Below are positions 41,495-51,721 of a DNA stretch of 64,000 nucleotides, in pieces. Under the pieces are notes generated by a model. That model ran no database searches. It was not told the origin of the DNA and saw only the letters and a list, made by a program, of their open reading frames with translations. The DNA is taken from IMG/VR virus record IMGVR_UViG_3300045391_005044; one strand, given 5' to 3'. The translations under genes were made by a program, and so were the position numbers. This DNA comes from a virus. Position 1 is the stretch's first letter. The number at the start of each line of letters is the position of its first letter.

Positions 41495-44400
41495 TTACTT
41501 AATTTTTTTGAATTCGACAGAAGAATCTATAACCTTGAACTCCGAGGCTAAATTATGGAAAATCTTGTAAATCAGCAAGCGCTGCTGGAATCTCGGGCGA
41601 TTGGACTGAACGTTGGCAAATATTCTCGGAACAAATCCTTCGAATCCCCTATAATCCTTCAAAAACAATACTCCCTGATCCGGATTAGACGGATCCAGCG
41701 AGCACTGAAGCTGGCCTCCCACAGACTTATAAAACTCCACTCTGGTAGGTTTTTGTCCTTGAGGAGAATTGATCCTCACTCTTATGAACTCTTTGTCCCA
41801 GAATTGATCTGGCGAGGCTCCAGTGAGTATCTCCATCTGCACTGGGAATCCATTTACGATATAGCCCTTTTCAAGGTCCCAGGTTTCCAGGCCACGATGC
41901 CCAAAAATCTGGTTGTGTCGAACGGTGAATCGATCGTACTTGAAGTCATTAGTGCCATACCACCTATTTTCTTTCTGCCCGAACATGAAAGTGTTGTCTA
42001 CGTCCTTTACTTCGTCATTGCTTTGAATGTGTAGCCAGTATTCCTTGTAGTGCTTGTTAAAAATAGCAGTCACATGCGTCTGGTACCCAGGCTTTACAAA
42101 AGCAATACCCTGCTTGAATACCCTGGTGTGATAATTTATTCTTCCGATGTCAACCATCTGGTTATCCATAAACCGGAAAACAGATTCGTTGTTAGCAAAG
42201 AATATAGCCTCTCTTCTGATCTCCGATCCGTCCTCCATTGTTAACGGGATGAATGCTTCGGCGGCGCTTCTCCACATCTCGTCAAACATGCCAACGTCCT
42301 TGTTCAGCCAGTACTGTGATCGCACAAATCCATCGGCAGCCATGTAGCCCAACTCGCCACCATTAAGATCAGAAAGGATCGACTTTTTGGTGATCAGCAG
42401 GCACGTTCCCGTATTCGTGAATGCATACAGGTTCTCTCCCTTTGCCGTTGTGGCGTCCCAGGCCCTCTTTATCTCACCCTGGTCGTCATCAATGTCAAAA
42501 GCATTGTTTGCCGGGAATGTTTTCAGTCCTGGCGCATTTTGAGTGTTTATGGCCCTTGGTAGCGACCACATGATCCTGGTACAGAATTCCGTTTTTTCCT
42601 CAAATCCAAATTGTGGCTTGGAAAAGAATTCGATCCTCGGCTCTACCGAATAATCTGGATTTATTTGCTGCTGGAAGCGAAATCCCCCCCACTTCCAGTA
42701 CGACTTCTCTGTTTCTGTGTAATCATCCACATAGTCCTGATAAATGCCGTTTTCGGTGATGCTTTTATCGTCGTCCCAACGGTTTGGCCTGATTACATAG
42801 TTTATCAGAGGGAAAAATTGATTAGGAGCAGAAGCAAGGTTATATGCTAGGTGGCACGCACTTCTGGACTCCACGGTGAACATGGTACACAGCTGGCGTA
42901 TGTACCCGAGCGTGAACCATTCTTTGTCTTGTATTACATTGAGAGCTGCCCCTGCTTTCCTGATAGTATAGTATCTTGGGTTGATTTTAAACTGCTTGAA
43001 AGGAAGTCCGATGCCAAATGCAAACTGCGTTTCGGCGGCATCATCCTTTGCGCTTCCCTGTTTATCGATCGGAGAGAAAATAGTTTCTCCTATGTACGTA
43101 TCGCCTCCGTATACCCTTATGGGCGCGGTTGAATCGTACTTTACAATAATGAGGCTGTCAGTCGGAGGCACGTAGTCAACATCATTAAAAATGATATTGA
43201 AAAATCTATTCCTTCCCTGAACATTTTCATGAGTATAGATACCCTTCACATCCCCTGCATAAGCACCAAGAGTCACAATATCCACCTTTATTGATGCTAT
43301 TTGAGCCGTTGTCTTAAATGTTACATTTATCCACTTCTCAATGACTCCATTTGGTTTTTTAATGTAAATGTATCTGTCTGTTCCGGAACCAAAAGATACG
43401 GAACTAAGTGCAGGTATAGCATCTTCGTAACGCTCGTCAACCAGGATGAATTTCTGACCCAACTCTCCGGTAGACCTTCCAATGATGGATTCCAGCTTTT
43501 GATAATGATTCGTCTGCTTATATTTTTGGATGTTCTGATCAGAAACATTTGCTCCCGTGCGTATGATGTTTACAATGTAAACGGGTTCTGTCCAATTTTT
43601 AAGGCCTTCGTCTTCAAAATCAGAATCTGAATTCCCTCCGGTAGTTCCACTTCCGTAAAGATTCTGAGGCATCTCAATTTCAATGTAGGTACCCCTTCCT
43701 TCAGAAATCCTTCTCACCACGGAAATGTCAATGATCCTGTTTCCTTTGTTCGGATCTCCATTGAATGTGTTCGGGCTTTGGCTTATGTTCCTGAATTTAT
43801 CATATGCGATGTAGTTGTATCCGTCTCCTCCGGTCACGCCCATGGCTGGGTCCTCTGATGGATTTATTTGAATATTAGCATCCGATTCATGATCCTTTAA
43901 CATTCTCACGTAAGAGATCATGTCTATGCAGCGATCCCTTTCCGGGTTTGTAAGCGAAAACCGATCTTCAGCTGAATACCACTCTGAAAAAAATCCGAGA
44001 GGAGATACAAATTGAAGTTGATAATTCTGTGGATTATCAATGATGTCATTCACCGTATCACTCGACACGATGCCGTTTTCGATGTCAGGAGAAAAAAAGT
44101 GAATTTTATTGAGCTCTTTACCACCGAGGCTGTCGCTGGTTATGAATCGAAAAGCCCCTTTTGTAAGGGCGTAATATCCAAGGCCCTGACAAACTACTCT
44201 CTTTGCGGAATTCGTTCTTACTACTGAAAATGCTTTTGCCCATTTTGGGAATCCAGACACACCTCCAAGCATGAGTCCCATGGAATGGTATACCGGTCCA
44301 AATCCGGCCGGCCGGTAATTATATTGGTTTTCTGGAAGAGGATTTCCTATGGAGATCAACTTCTCTTTTGCGACCTTTGTATTTGCGACATAATTGTGAC

Positions 44401-46030
44401 CTGTTACATCCGAATCATTTTGCCTAACCGGTGTAAATGGCTGATAAGAGACGGACACTGCGGTGCCAAGCGCAGCTACATTTGCCCCGTGATTTTCTAT
44501 TTCCTCATCGGTTTCGTCACAATCATCTTTTACGGCTGTTTTTGTTTTTGTTCCAGTCAGCCCCAGAACTTTACCACTTTGAACTATGTTCTTAAAGTCG
44601 CAGTAATTCTTCTTGAAAGTCGCAGAATCCAAGTCGAAAACCTCGTACGTTGACCCAACATCTCCATCTGCGTTTGTGGTAGCGGCTTTAACAATAGGCC
44701 CAACAGAATAGTCACTTGTCTCTGATGATATAGGATCCCTCCGGTTTGGAAACTGATAGTTCTTCAGAGTTGGGACTTGCTGAACGAATCCTTTTGTGCC
44801 AACTCCATCATACAAGTTAACTCCAAACCCGTACTTTTCGCCACGCATGTAGCTTCTTTTGTACACGTGATTCCACGGATCATTGTAGCCTTCTTTGCCG
44901 ATCTCGTCAACGACTGGGAATCCTTCTTTTTCACCAACCTTGCCAAAGGTAAGATCAGCTTCCTTCGAAGCTACTGACACATTCATAAGCACCAGGCGGC
45001 GATCAAAATACCTGATCGCTTTTGCTCTTTCTACTTCAACGAGTTCTCTTGTTTCGTCTGTTTCGGAAAGAACAATTTCCAGATTGGATTCAGCCGGATC
45101 GATGTAATCCCTCACGCTTATTTCCTGATTTGCAACATCAATTCTTGCTACAATTTTACCAGGAGGAGTGTATTCTATGCCTGCGCCCTGATTGTATTCT
45201 ATGCGCTTTATTTCAATGAAATCGTAATTGTAAATATTGGTTACCCGGAATCTTATTTTGGGGGCGAATGCTGTTTTAGATGAAGGCGCTGGCTGGCCTC
45301 CATACGTTTTCACCCATGGATAATAGTCGCTTTCGCTTGATAAAGCCTGCATAACAGGGATCATTGGCGTAGCTTGCGACCAATTAGTTCTATCTCCAGC
45401 CTCTGAAGCATACCTGATTTGATACTGATAGTGTCCAACAGGTAATCCGCCGCCGCCACCCACGTTTATCAATTCGATAAAAACTGGAATATCCAGCGGA
45501 GACTGCAGGTTGATCTGATACAAAAGCGGATCGAAATTTGCAAAGTATTTTGTTGGGTCAGCAATAAGCGAATCCACCATGTCCTGAATGCTGAATATAT
45601 AGGGAGGAACCCGGTTGTCGGTGATCATTATCTCCCCGCCTATGCACGCTTGATTTTTGTCCCACTGAAGAGGGAAGTCCACCCGGAGTTCAAAATTTAC
45701 CGATTCCAGAACGATCACTCCATTCACCCTTACTATACCAGGGAAGGCAGGATTTACTGGAGCCCAGAATTCTATAATGTCTTCGTTTACCGATTCGGAC
45801 CCGATACACTTGTATCCGGTTTGTCCACCTGTGTTTGGATATAATATCTCCTCACCTCTTATTTTTTCAAAAGATCCTGTATTGCCATCGTTGGAGTTTG
45901 GTCTCCCATTCCTGCCATCTATGTATGTACCGTTGCTCTCTGCAGAACAAATGATCTCCTTGTCGGAGTCATAGTCGGCTCCTTTACCATACGTGTTTAT
46001 GTGCCATGGCTGATGTTCTTGTATTGGCAT
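41495..46030 (-). CDS. giant structural protein (1511 aa), tail/nozzle candidate
   Basis: Uninterrupted 4.5-kb ORF directly downstream of adaptor-sized genes. Beta-rich composition. No motif recognised. Confidence 0.45.
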   Translation of the reverse strand: MPIQEHQPWHINTYGKGADYDSDKEIICSAESNGTYIDGRNGRPNSNDGNTGSFEKIRGEEILYPNTGGQTGYKCIGSESVNEDIIEFWAPVNPAFPGIVRVNGVIVLESVNFELRVDFPLQWDKNQACIGGEIMITDNRVPPYIFSIQDMVDSLIADPTKYFANFDPLLYQINLQSPLDIPVFIELINVGGGGGLPVGHYQYQIRYASEAGDRTNWSQATPMIPVMQALSSESDYYPWVKTYGGQPAPSSKTAFAPKIRFRVTNIYNYDFIEIKRIEYNQGAGIEYTPPGKIVARIDVANQEISVRDYIDPAESNLEIVLSETDETRELVEVERAKAIRYFDRRLVLMNVSVASKEADLTFGKVGEKEGFPVVDEIGKEGYNDPWNHVYKRSYMRGEKYGFGVNLYDGVGTKGFVQQVPTLKNYQFPNRRDPISSETSDYSVGPIVKAATTNADGDVGSTYEVFDLDSATFKKNYCDFKNIVQSGKVLGLTGTKTKTAVKDDCDETDEEIENHGANVAALGTAVSVSYQPFTPVRQNDSDVTGHNYVANTKVAKEKLISIGNPLPENQYNYRPAGFGPVYHSMGLMLGGVSGFPKWAKAFSVVRTNSAKRVVCQGLGYYALTKGAFRFITSDSLGGKELNKIHFFSPDIENGIVSSDTVNDIIDNPQNYQLQFVSPLGFFSEWYSAEDRFSLTNPERDRCIDMISYVRMLKDHESDANIQINPSEDPAMGVTGGDGYNYIAYDKFRNISQSPNTFNGDPNKGNRIIDISVVRRISEGRGTYIEIEMPQNLYGSGTTGGNSDSDFEDEGLKNWTEPVYIVNIIRTGANVSDQNIQKYKQTNHYQKLESIIGRSTGELGQKFILVDERYEDAIPALSSVSFGSGTDRYIYIKKPNGVIEKWINVTFKTTAQIASIKVDIVTLGAYAGDVKGIYTHENVQGRNRFFNIIFNDVDYVPPTDSLIIVKYDSTAPIRVYGGDTYIGETIFSPIDKQGSAKDDAAETQFAFGIGLPFKQFKINPRYYTIRKAGAALNVIQDKEWFTLGYIRQLCTMFTVESRSACHLAYNLASAPNQFFPLINYVIRPNRWDDDKSITENGIYQDYVDDYTETEKSYWKWGGFRFQQQINPDYSVEPRIEFFSKPQFGFEEKTEFCTRIMWSLPRAINTQNAPGLKTFPANNAFDIDDDQGEIKRAWDATTAKGENLYAFTNTGTCLLITKKSILSDLNGGELGYMAADGFVRSQYWLNKDVGMFDEMWRSAAEAFIPLTMEDGSEIRREAIFFANNESVFRFMDNQMVDIGRINYHTRVFKQGIAFVKPGYQTHVTAIFNKHYKEYWLHIQSNDEVKDVDNTFMFGQKENRWYGTNDFKYDRFTVRHNQIFGHRGLETWDLEKGYIVNGFPVQMEILTGASPDQFWDKEFIRVRINSPQGQKPTRVEFYKSVGGQLQCSLDPSNPDQGVLFLKDYRGFEGFVPRIFANVQSNRPRFQQRLLIYKIFHNLASEFKVIDSSVEFKKIK

Positions 46031-46042
46031 AAAAAATATTTT

Positions 46043-46846
46043 TTAGAATCCAGATCCAAACGCCGGCTTGCTCAAATACTCACAAAGCTCCCTGCGCTGA
46101 GATTCATTCATGCTTCTGATGCGGTACTCGGCTTTTGCCCAAGATCCTTCATATGGCTTATTGAGTCTTGAATTGGTGATGTTGTACAGCGCCTGCCATC
46201 TGCGAGGGTCGGAATCTTTTGCTATTTTGTAGCGCAGTATATATTCCATCGTGTAGTCTTCAACGGCTGTCCTGGCAAAAACAGGAATAAGAAGAGCATC
46301 ACCAATTGCAGCTCCGGTTCCATTGTAGTGTATATGTACTTTTGTTCCAGCATTCCTGCAGCTTGACGAGAACATCATTTTGCCCATCTGAATATTGTAA
46401 AACAACCTTCTCTCAAGACTCGCATTGCCCTGCTGGCGAATCAAACTCTTATCTCCGTAAGTATTACCGTAATACGCACTGTCATAAAATGGATCTCCCT
46501 TGTTATCTCCCTTGTTATTGGCTATATATCCCTGTCCGGTGGTGTAATAGTTTTTTTTGTACCAAACCTTGTGGCTGTCTTGGTATGAACACTGGTCACC
46601 TGTAAACATGTACACGTTTTTCACGTTGAAGCATCCGGAAGGAAGATCGATGGTGAGATTTTCTACTGGAAAATCTATGTCCTGTCTCAATTCTTGAAAA
46701 AACGTGTCGATCGCGAGTTCTTCTATAGCCTTCTGAACTATCGACGCGTAGAATCCCCTCGGTAGGGATTTGTAGTCCTTGTCATCTACAAGCGCAGTCA
46801 CAATGGACAGTATTTCATTTATGGATACGTAGGACTCTACTGTCAT
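46043..46846 (-). CDS. structural protein, hypothetical (head-tail region)
   Basis: 267-aa ORF, ATGA-coupled to the upstream gene. Confidence 0.5.
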   Translation of the reverse strand: MTVESYVSINEILSIVTALVDDKDYKSLPRGFYASIVQKAIEELAIDTFFQELRQDIDFPVENLTIDLPSGCFNVKNVYMFTGDQCSYQDSHKVWYKKNYYTTGQGYIANNKGDNKGDPFYDSAYYGNTYGDKSLIRQQGNASLERRLFYNIQMGKMMFSSSCRNAGTKVHIHYNGTGAAIGDALLIPVFARTAVEDYTMEYILRYKIAKDSDPRRWQALYNITNSRLNKPYEGSWAKAEYRIRSMNESQRRELCEYLSKPAFGSGF

Positions 46847-47559
46847 TGCTGCTGAGTGTTTTGATCGTTAACAGATGCTATTTTTGGGATATTTGATGAT
46901 TCTGCGGTGTTGGATCCATCATTCACCGTGTCTGTCTGGCTATTGAACAAGAACGAGAACCTGGCAAGGTCAACAACTCTTCTTTTCAGAGATTCAAGCA
47001 GTTCCTGCGGAAAATGGAATGGAGCATCAATGTCGATCTTCTCCAGTGGATCAATGGTCATGTATATTCCGATCTCCACATGCTTAATTGGTACAGCCTC
47101 TATTCCTACTAGGCGGATGATCTCGCTGGCCCGGTACCAATATGGGTTTTTTGGAGAAGGCTGCGTGTATTTGTTGAGTTCAAGCCACTGCAGTTCTCCA
47201 GGGGAGGTCCTGTGAATAGTTTTTCTCCTCAGCTCCTCAGAACACTCATCATTCTCATTTTGATAAACAATGTACTCTACGCCGTCATCATTGTCAAAAT
47301 CAAAAATGTTGGCCGGCAATTCAAAATACTTTCTTCCTTTTGGCATTATTGTGCCGTCCGATGTGATCACCGGAACGTTGTAAAATGGAGTCAGGAATGC
47401 TCCGGAGTCTCTTTTAGCGATGTGCTGACCCAGCATCGTGTTGGCAACTATGATGGTCCAATACGCGGCCTGCGCCCGACTCACGTCTTTGTCGTCGTAA
47501 GTCTGTTTTATGGTGGTGAGTATTTCGTCTGTGACGATCCTTAGTGTATCCGCAGCCAT
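46843..47559 (-). CDS. structural protein, hypothetical (head-tail region)
   Basis: 238-aa ORF with TAATG coupling upstream. Confidence 0.5.
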   Translation of the reverse strand: MAADTLRIVTDEILTTIKQTYDDKDVSRAQAAYWTIIVANTMLGQHIAKRDSGAFLTPFYNVPVITSDGTIMPKGRKYFELPANIFDFDNDDGVEYIVYQNENDECSEELRRKTIHRTSPGELQWLELNKYTQPSPKNPYWYRASEIIRLVGIEAVPIKHVEIGIYMTIDPLEKIDIDAPFHFPQELLESLKRRVVDLARFSFLFNSQTDTVNDGSNTAESSNIPKIASVNDQNTQQQ

Positions 47560-48314
47560 TATCGTATAAGGTTAACTAGTCTTGTGATATTCCTGTCAGA
47601 AACAGCGTACAGCGTAGTGTTGTCTCCTTGCTTTTCTGAAATAGCGTTTAACGCGATCTCTGTTATCAACTCAGTTAACGATGCCGGGAATTCAATTGAA
47701 TCGGTTATTTGTGATACCTGTGTCGGGTATTTAAGGTATGCTATAGCCACCAGTTCGTTTGGAATCTCTGGTCTTATTTCTATTTCTCCTGCTGTTGCGT
47801 ATGAACTTGAAGAATAGTCCGCGTGATCCAGGTAAGCGTACTCCGAAAGCTCGCCCTTGAGGGTATTATTTCCAGGCATGAATGCGTTCTTTCTATTTTG
47901 ATTCCATTGCTCAAAATTGAGCCTCTTTGCAGAGTTGTCGGATGACAAAAAAGAAAGATCTTTTCTCAGCGCAGAAGTATCTGGATTGGGAAGGGGAACC
48001 CCGGCAACGCCTTTGTTCACGGTAGGCTTTGGATATACACCGAATATGGTCCAGAATGGATGACCAACGTCTGCTTCATCATAATGAACTCTTGAATATT
48101 TGCTTGCCTGCCAGATTTTTATTTTAGTAAGTTCTCTGAGAGATTCAGGAGTGAGTTTGTTTTCAGCAAATGCGGCATTCAGCCAGGTAATGATCACCTC
48201 CATTGCAGAGGCTATAGCAAATTTAAAATCCTGATCAAAAGTATACCTGTCGGAGCCCTCTGCATCGAGATCCGCTTTCATTCTGTTCACTACCGTTTGA
48301 ACTAAAATAGGCAT
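47559..48314 (-). CDS. structural protein, hypothetical
   Basis: The tracked start at 48359 would place a terminator hairpin inside the ORF. ATG at 48314 (MPILVQTVVNRMKADL) sits 4 nt after a -7 box. Confidence 0.5.
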   Translation of the reverse strand: MPILVQTVVNRMKADLDAEGSDRYTFDQDFKFAIASAMEVIITWLNAAFAENKLTPESLRELTKIKIWQASKYSRVHYDEADVGHPFWTIFGVYPKPTVNKGVAGVPLPNPDTSALRKDLSFLSSDNSAKRLNFEQWNQNRKNAFMPGNNTLKGELSEYAYLDHADYSSSSYATAGEIEIRPEIPNELVAIAYLKYPTQVSQITDSIEFPASLTELITEIALNAISEKQGDNTTLYAVSDRNITRLVNLIR

Positions 48315-48318
48315 GAGA

Positions 48319-48326
48319 CAAATATA
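48319..48326 (-). promoter_or_regulatory. -7 box TATATTTG 4 nt upstream of ATG (leaderless-type late promoter)
   Basis: The minus strand reads TATATTTG-tctc-ATG. TATATTTGTCTC is shared with the promoter at 51712. Confidence 0.4.
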
Positions 48327-48327
48327 C

Positions 48328-48360
48328 AAAAAAATGACCCTCTTTTTCGGGAGGGTCATT
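48328..48360 (-). terminator. rho-independent terminator
   Basis: 10-bp stem AATGACCCTC/GAGGGTCATT with an 8-nt loop, followed on the minus strand by a T-run. Lies 3 nt after the stop of 48364..49119. Confidence 0.55.
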
Positions 48361-48363
48361 TTT

Positions 48364-49119
48364 TTATTTCGATGTTTTCAGGAGTTTTTCCTTCATGTTT
48401 TCTTCGAGAATGCTCTGGCTTTTTATGCCCTCGCTTTCCATCTCTTTTTTTGCCATTGCAATGGCCAGGTAATGCCTCATCACCTGGGGATCATCAGATG
48501 GGGTGACGTTGTAGTCTTTGCACATCTTGATGATTGAAGGGAGGTCATAATTCGCCAGCTGAACGGCCATTGCAGACAATTTACGCATCAGTAGCATGTC
48601 GGCATTTGCCGCCTCCGTTGAGGATTCATAGAATTGGATCCTGTAGCCGGTGTGATTGCGCAGCCACTCGATCTCTTTTTTGCTGTGGCTCTTATATTTT
48701 GAGAAGGGAGCAACAAATTGATGCTTTCCCTGAATGATCTTTCTTGTAGCCTCGTATTCAAAGAATATGAGTTTTTTATTGTGAGGTAGTTTTACCCTGC
48801 GACCTTTACGAACATCGTCACAAATCACCCTTCCGGCGCATGGAGAGTAAAAAATGACTCCTGTTTCATCAAAATCTTCAATTGGAATTTCTTCCTCGAC
48901 AAGGCCATCTTCAAATTCGGTTTCTTTTTCTTTTGCGGCCCTTAAAAACAGAGCAAATTGCTCTGGCGACATGCCGCTGGCAACTGACTGTTGTTGCAAT
49001 GGTGAATTTTGCGATAATGATTCAACCTGCTTCTGAAGGGCGCCAATAACCCTGTACAGTTCGTCAATAGATGGTGATGATGGTGTTGATTTTTCTTGTT
49101 CTCCGGATTCAAATGCCAT
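48364..49119 (-). CDS. hypothetical protein downstream of the capsid gene
   Basis: 251-aa ORF between two terminators. Confidence 0.5.
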   Translation of the reverse strand: MAFESGEQEKSTPSSPSIDELYRVIGALQKQVESLSQNSPLQQQSVASGMSPEQFALFLRAAKEKETEFEDGLVEEEIPIEDFDETGVIFYSPCAGRVICDDVRKGRRVKLPHNKKLIFFEYEATRKIIQGKHQFVAPFSKYKSHSKKEIEWLRNHTGYRIQFYESSTEAANADMLLMRKLSAMAVQLANYDLPSIIKMCKDYNVTPSDDPQVMRHYLAIAMAKKEMESEGIKSQSILEENMKEKLLKTSK

Positions 49120-49140
49120 GATTTCAGTTTTTATTTGTTA

Positions 49141-49178
49141 AAAAAAAATAGAGAGGAGACAACCACTTGTCTCCTCTC
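49141..49178 (-). terminator. strong rho-independent terminator after the capsid gene
   Basis: 12-bp stem GAGAGGAGACAA/TTGTCTCCTCTC with loop CCAC, followed on the minus strand by T8. Lies 8 nt after the stop at 49186. Confidence 0.65.
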
Positions 49179-49185
49179 CTTTGGA

Positions 49186-50460
49186 TTATTGTACGTCAAG
49201 ATAGAACGATCCGATTGGGTTGTTGAAACGCATCGAAAGATTTGCTTCAACATATCCATCCTGGAAGTTTTCGCGAGTTCCCATCGTTCCGCGGTCCAAA
49301 GTGGATCCGATGAACATTTCAGGCAGACCTTTCATTTTCACTGGGGCAACCGATTCCTGATCTACAACCAAGATACGACGCTTCCAGTCTTTCGGGAAGC
49401 AAGATGCTTCCTTGAATAACTCGCAAGGCACCGGAACGAAGTTCATTGTACCCATCTGGTACTCCTTCAGTTTCAGGTTTGCGATCTCGTCGCTTGGAGC
49501 GTAGCGAGTTCCAGGATCTTTAAACACCTGCGCCAGGATGTGCAGCATTTCGTCGGTTCCATAAATGAAGCGGGTTGCTCCCACTTTTTTATAGTTCGTT
49601 GCGAATGCCAGCTGTTCGAAGGCTGTTCTGAGACCAGCCACGGTAGGGTTGGCTGTCATAGAGCCTGCTGCTACCATTGTAGGCCAGATTCCACCCATTG
49701 CTTTGGCAATGCTACCATCGCTCAGTCGGAACTCCCCGCGTGTGCCATTGAAGTAAGAAACGAAGAGGTCGGTGCGGATTTGGCGCATCTTCTCGTCACG
49801 GTCCTTCTGCAGGTAGTTGGTGGTACCCAAGTTTTGGTGCTTCAGTCGCTCAATTCTCGCCCAGCGCCATGCACGCAGGAACTGCTGGATGAAGTTGTAG
49901 CGAGTAATAGTCTCCAAACGCTCGTAGTTGGCAAAGAAGTCACGACCATCGGCATCAATGGTGGACTGGATCGCGAAGATGTCGCCTACTGCGATCGCAG
50001 GAAGACCAGCGCTTGTTTGAGATTCCACTGTAACGTTGAGACCAGCAATCGAGCGGATAACGGCAGGCGTTCCGTTCGGATACGTGATGATCAAATCTAC
50101 GGTGATGTGGCTTATTGAAGCAGCAGTCATTGGAATAACCTGAGTAGCAGGTACGCCGGCAACAGCTGGAGCGGCAGCAACGATTGCTGTGGATTCCAGA
50201 GCTGTACGTCCAAAGGTAAACTCCAGGTATTCGAATTCGTCGCTCAGTACTTCTTCGAAGTCTTTTTCGAAAAGCACTTTCAGTGCGTTGTATTGTTCTG
50301 GTGCTGCATCAAAGATGGCTTCTTTGATGGCTTTGCGGATCAGGATTGTTTCCTGAGCGCTGTAACCAGAGATCTGCGAGTATTGAGATCCCTGTGGATT
50401 GGTGTTGAGGTTACCAAACGGCGCGTTACCGACGCCGGGGGTATATGCTCTTTCTGACAT
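49186..50460 (-). CDS. major capsid protein (candidate)
   Basis: 424 aa, immediately after the scaffold-like gene and before a strong terminator. G/C-ending codon bias suggests high expression. No sequence motif recognised directly. Confidence 0.55.
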   Translation of the reverse strand: MSERAYTPGVGNAPFGNLNTNPQGSQYSQISGYSAQETILIRKAIKEAIFDAAPEQYNALKVLFEKDFEEVLSDEFEYLEFTFGRTALESTAIVAAAPAVAGVPATQVIPMTAASISHITVDLIITYPNGTPAVIRSIAGLNVTVESQTSAGLPAIAVGDIFAIQSTIDADGRDFFANYERLETITRYNFIQQFLRAWRWARIERLKHQNLGTTNYLQKDRDEKMRQIRTDLFVSYFNGTRGEFRLSDGSIAKAMGGIWPTMVAAGSMTANPTVAGLRTAFEQLAFATNYKKVGATRFIYGTDEMLHILAQVFKDPGTRYAPSDEIANLKLKEYQMGTMNFVPVPCELFKEASCFPKDWKRRILVVDQESVAPVKMKGLPEMFIGSTLDRGTMGTRENFQDGYVEANLSMRFNNPIGSFYLDVQ

Positions 50461-50473
50461 ATGGGTTTAATTT

Positions 50474-51670
50474 TTAATAAGTTGATGATTTTTTGAATGT
50501 TCCTAAATCAGCAATCAATTTTTTGGTTTCTTCGGATACAGTTTCAGGAACCCCTCTGTGTTGTTTTGTAGGATTCGGCCTGTCTGCTCCTCTTGATACC
50601 ATGTCTTCATTAACCCGGCTCTCAGTAATTTTTGATGCAACCCCCATCACTCTCTGAAGTTCCGTTTCACCATATTTGGCCAGCATAAGCATCTTGGCTG
50701 CTTCAGGCTTAACTGTACCATCTTGGTTGAAAAACAATCCCAATACTCCTTGTGGCCCACCTTCCAATTCACGTCCTGCTTCCTGCAGATCTACGTCTTC
50801 CATGTCGGGGAAGGCCTGTTTGAGGTGGCTCACGGAATCACTGACTGACTTTTTAATGCTTTCCAGTTTTAGCTGGGCATTTTTTTCTGCAGCAACACGC
50901 TGACCATCCTTGGTCTGTTTTTCTACATTAAACTTATCAACGGCTGATGACATTGCGATCTCCAGGGCTGCCGATTTGGTTTCTTCAGTGAAATCCTCAT
51001 CGGTGAATTTGCCTGGGAAGTAATGGTTCACCAACTCTTTAATATCTTGTTTCTCTGCCGGCTTCGAATAATCGAATTTTGGCTTGGAGGTGAAATGTTT
51101 TGTGTAGTCTTCACCTGCAGCATAAGATCTGATTCCATCCAACAGATCATCCGGCAACTCGGAGAGGAAATTTTTGTATTCTTCCGTTTTTTTCTGTGCT
51201 TCTTCGTATTTTTGGGCATCAGCCCTCATTTTCGATACAGATTCAAAGAACTTTGGCATGTCCTGAATTGATTTCAGGTTTTGCCCAAATTTTTTATTTA
51301 CAGCCTCTACCAGTTGATCTGGGTTTTCGATCGTCACTTCTGCGGCGGAAGCTGCTTTTTGTGATTTATCAAACCCGAATTTACTTTTCTTTTCGGTAGA
51401 AGCGTTTTCGGCAATTTTTTCTTCTTTTTCCTTTGCAGGAACCTCTTTTTCTTTGCTTTCGGGCACTGCTTGTTCGCCCTCTTTATTTTCTTCCTTCTGA
51501 ATCTGCTTTTCTGGTTCCTTTTGCGATTCACCTTGTTCTGTTTCCTGCTTTGCGGCTTCCATTTTTTGCAACCCAGCGAGTGTTTCTGGTTTTACCAGGC
51601 CAGCCAGTGCTCCTGCTGCCCCTAAAAGTTCAGGTTGTTCAGCTGGTATTTCGATTACTTCATCAGACAT
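50474..51670 (-). CDS. scaffolding protein (candidate)
   Basis: 398 aa, highly E/K-rich and helical, located between the portal and capsid genes. Confidence 0.5.
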   Translation of the reverse strand: MSDEVIEIPAEQPELLGAAGALAGLVKPETLAGLQKMEAAKQETEQGESQKEPEKQIQKEENKEGEQAVPESKEKEVPAKEKEEKIAENASTEKKSKFGFDKSQKAASAAEVTIENPDQLVEAVNKKFGQNLKSIQDMPKFFESVSKMRADAQKYEEAQKKTEEYKNFLSELPDDLLDGIRSYAAGEDYTKHFTSKPKFDYSKPAEKQDIKELVNHYFPGKFTDEDFTEETKSAALEIAMSSAVDKFNVEKQTKDGQRVAAEKNAQLKLESIKKSVSDSVSHLKQAFPDMEDVDLQEAGRELEGGPQGVLGLFFNQDGTVKPEAAKMLMLAKYGETELQRVMGVASKITESRVNEDMVSRGADRPNPTKQHRGVPETVSEETKKLIADLGTFKKSSTY

Positions 51671-51687
51671 CAGTATATTATTTTTAA

Positions 51688-51719
51688 TTAGACTAATTCT
51701 AAATAACGAGACAAATATA
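51688..51719 (-). promoter_or_regulatory. late promoter -7 box (TATATTTG, 51712-51719) followed by an R-box (51688-51706)
   Basis: The minus strand reads TATATTTGTCTCGTTATTTAGAATTAGTCTAA. The box differs by 1 nt from the copies at 63024-63042 and 63272-63294. Lies 41 nt upstream of the scaffold ATG. Confidence 0.45.
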
Positions 51720-51721
51720 TA

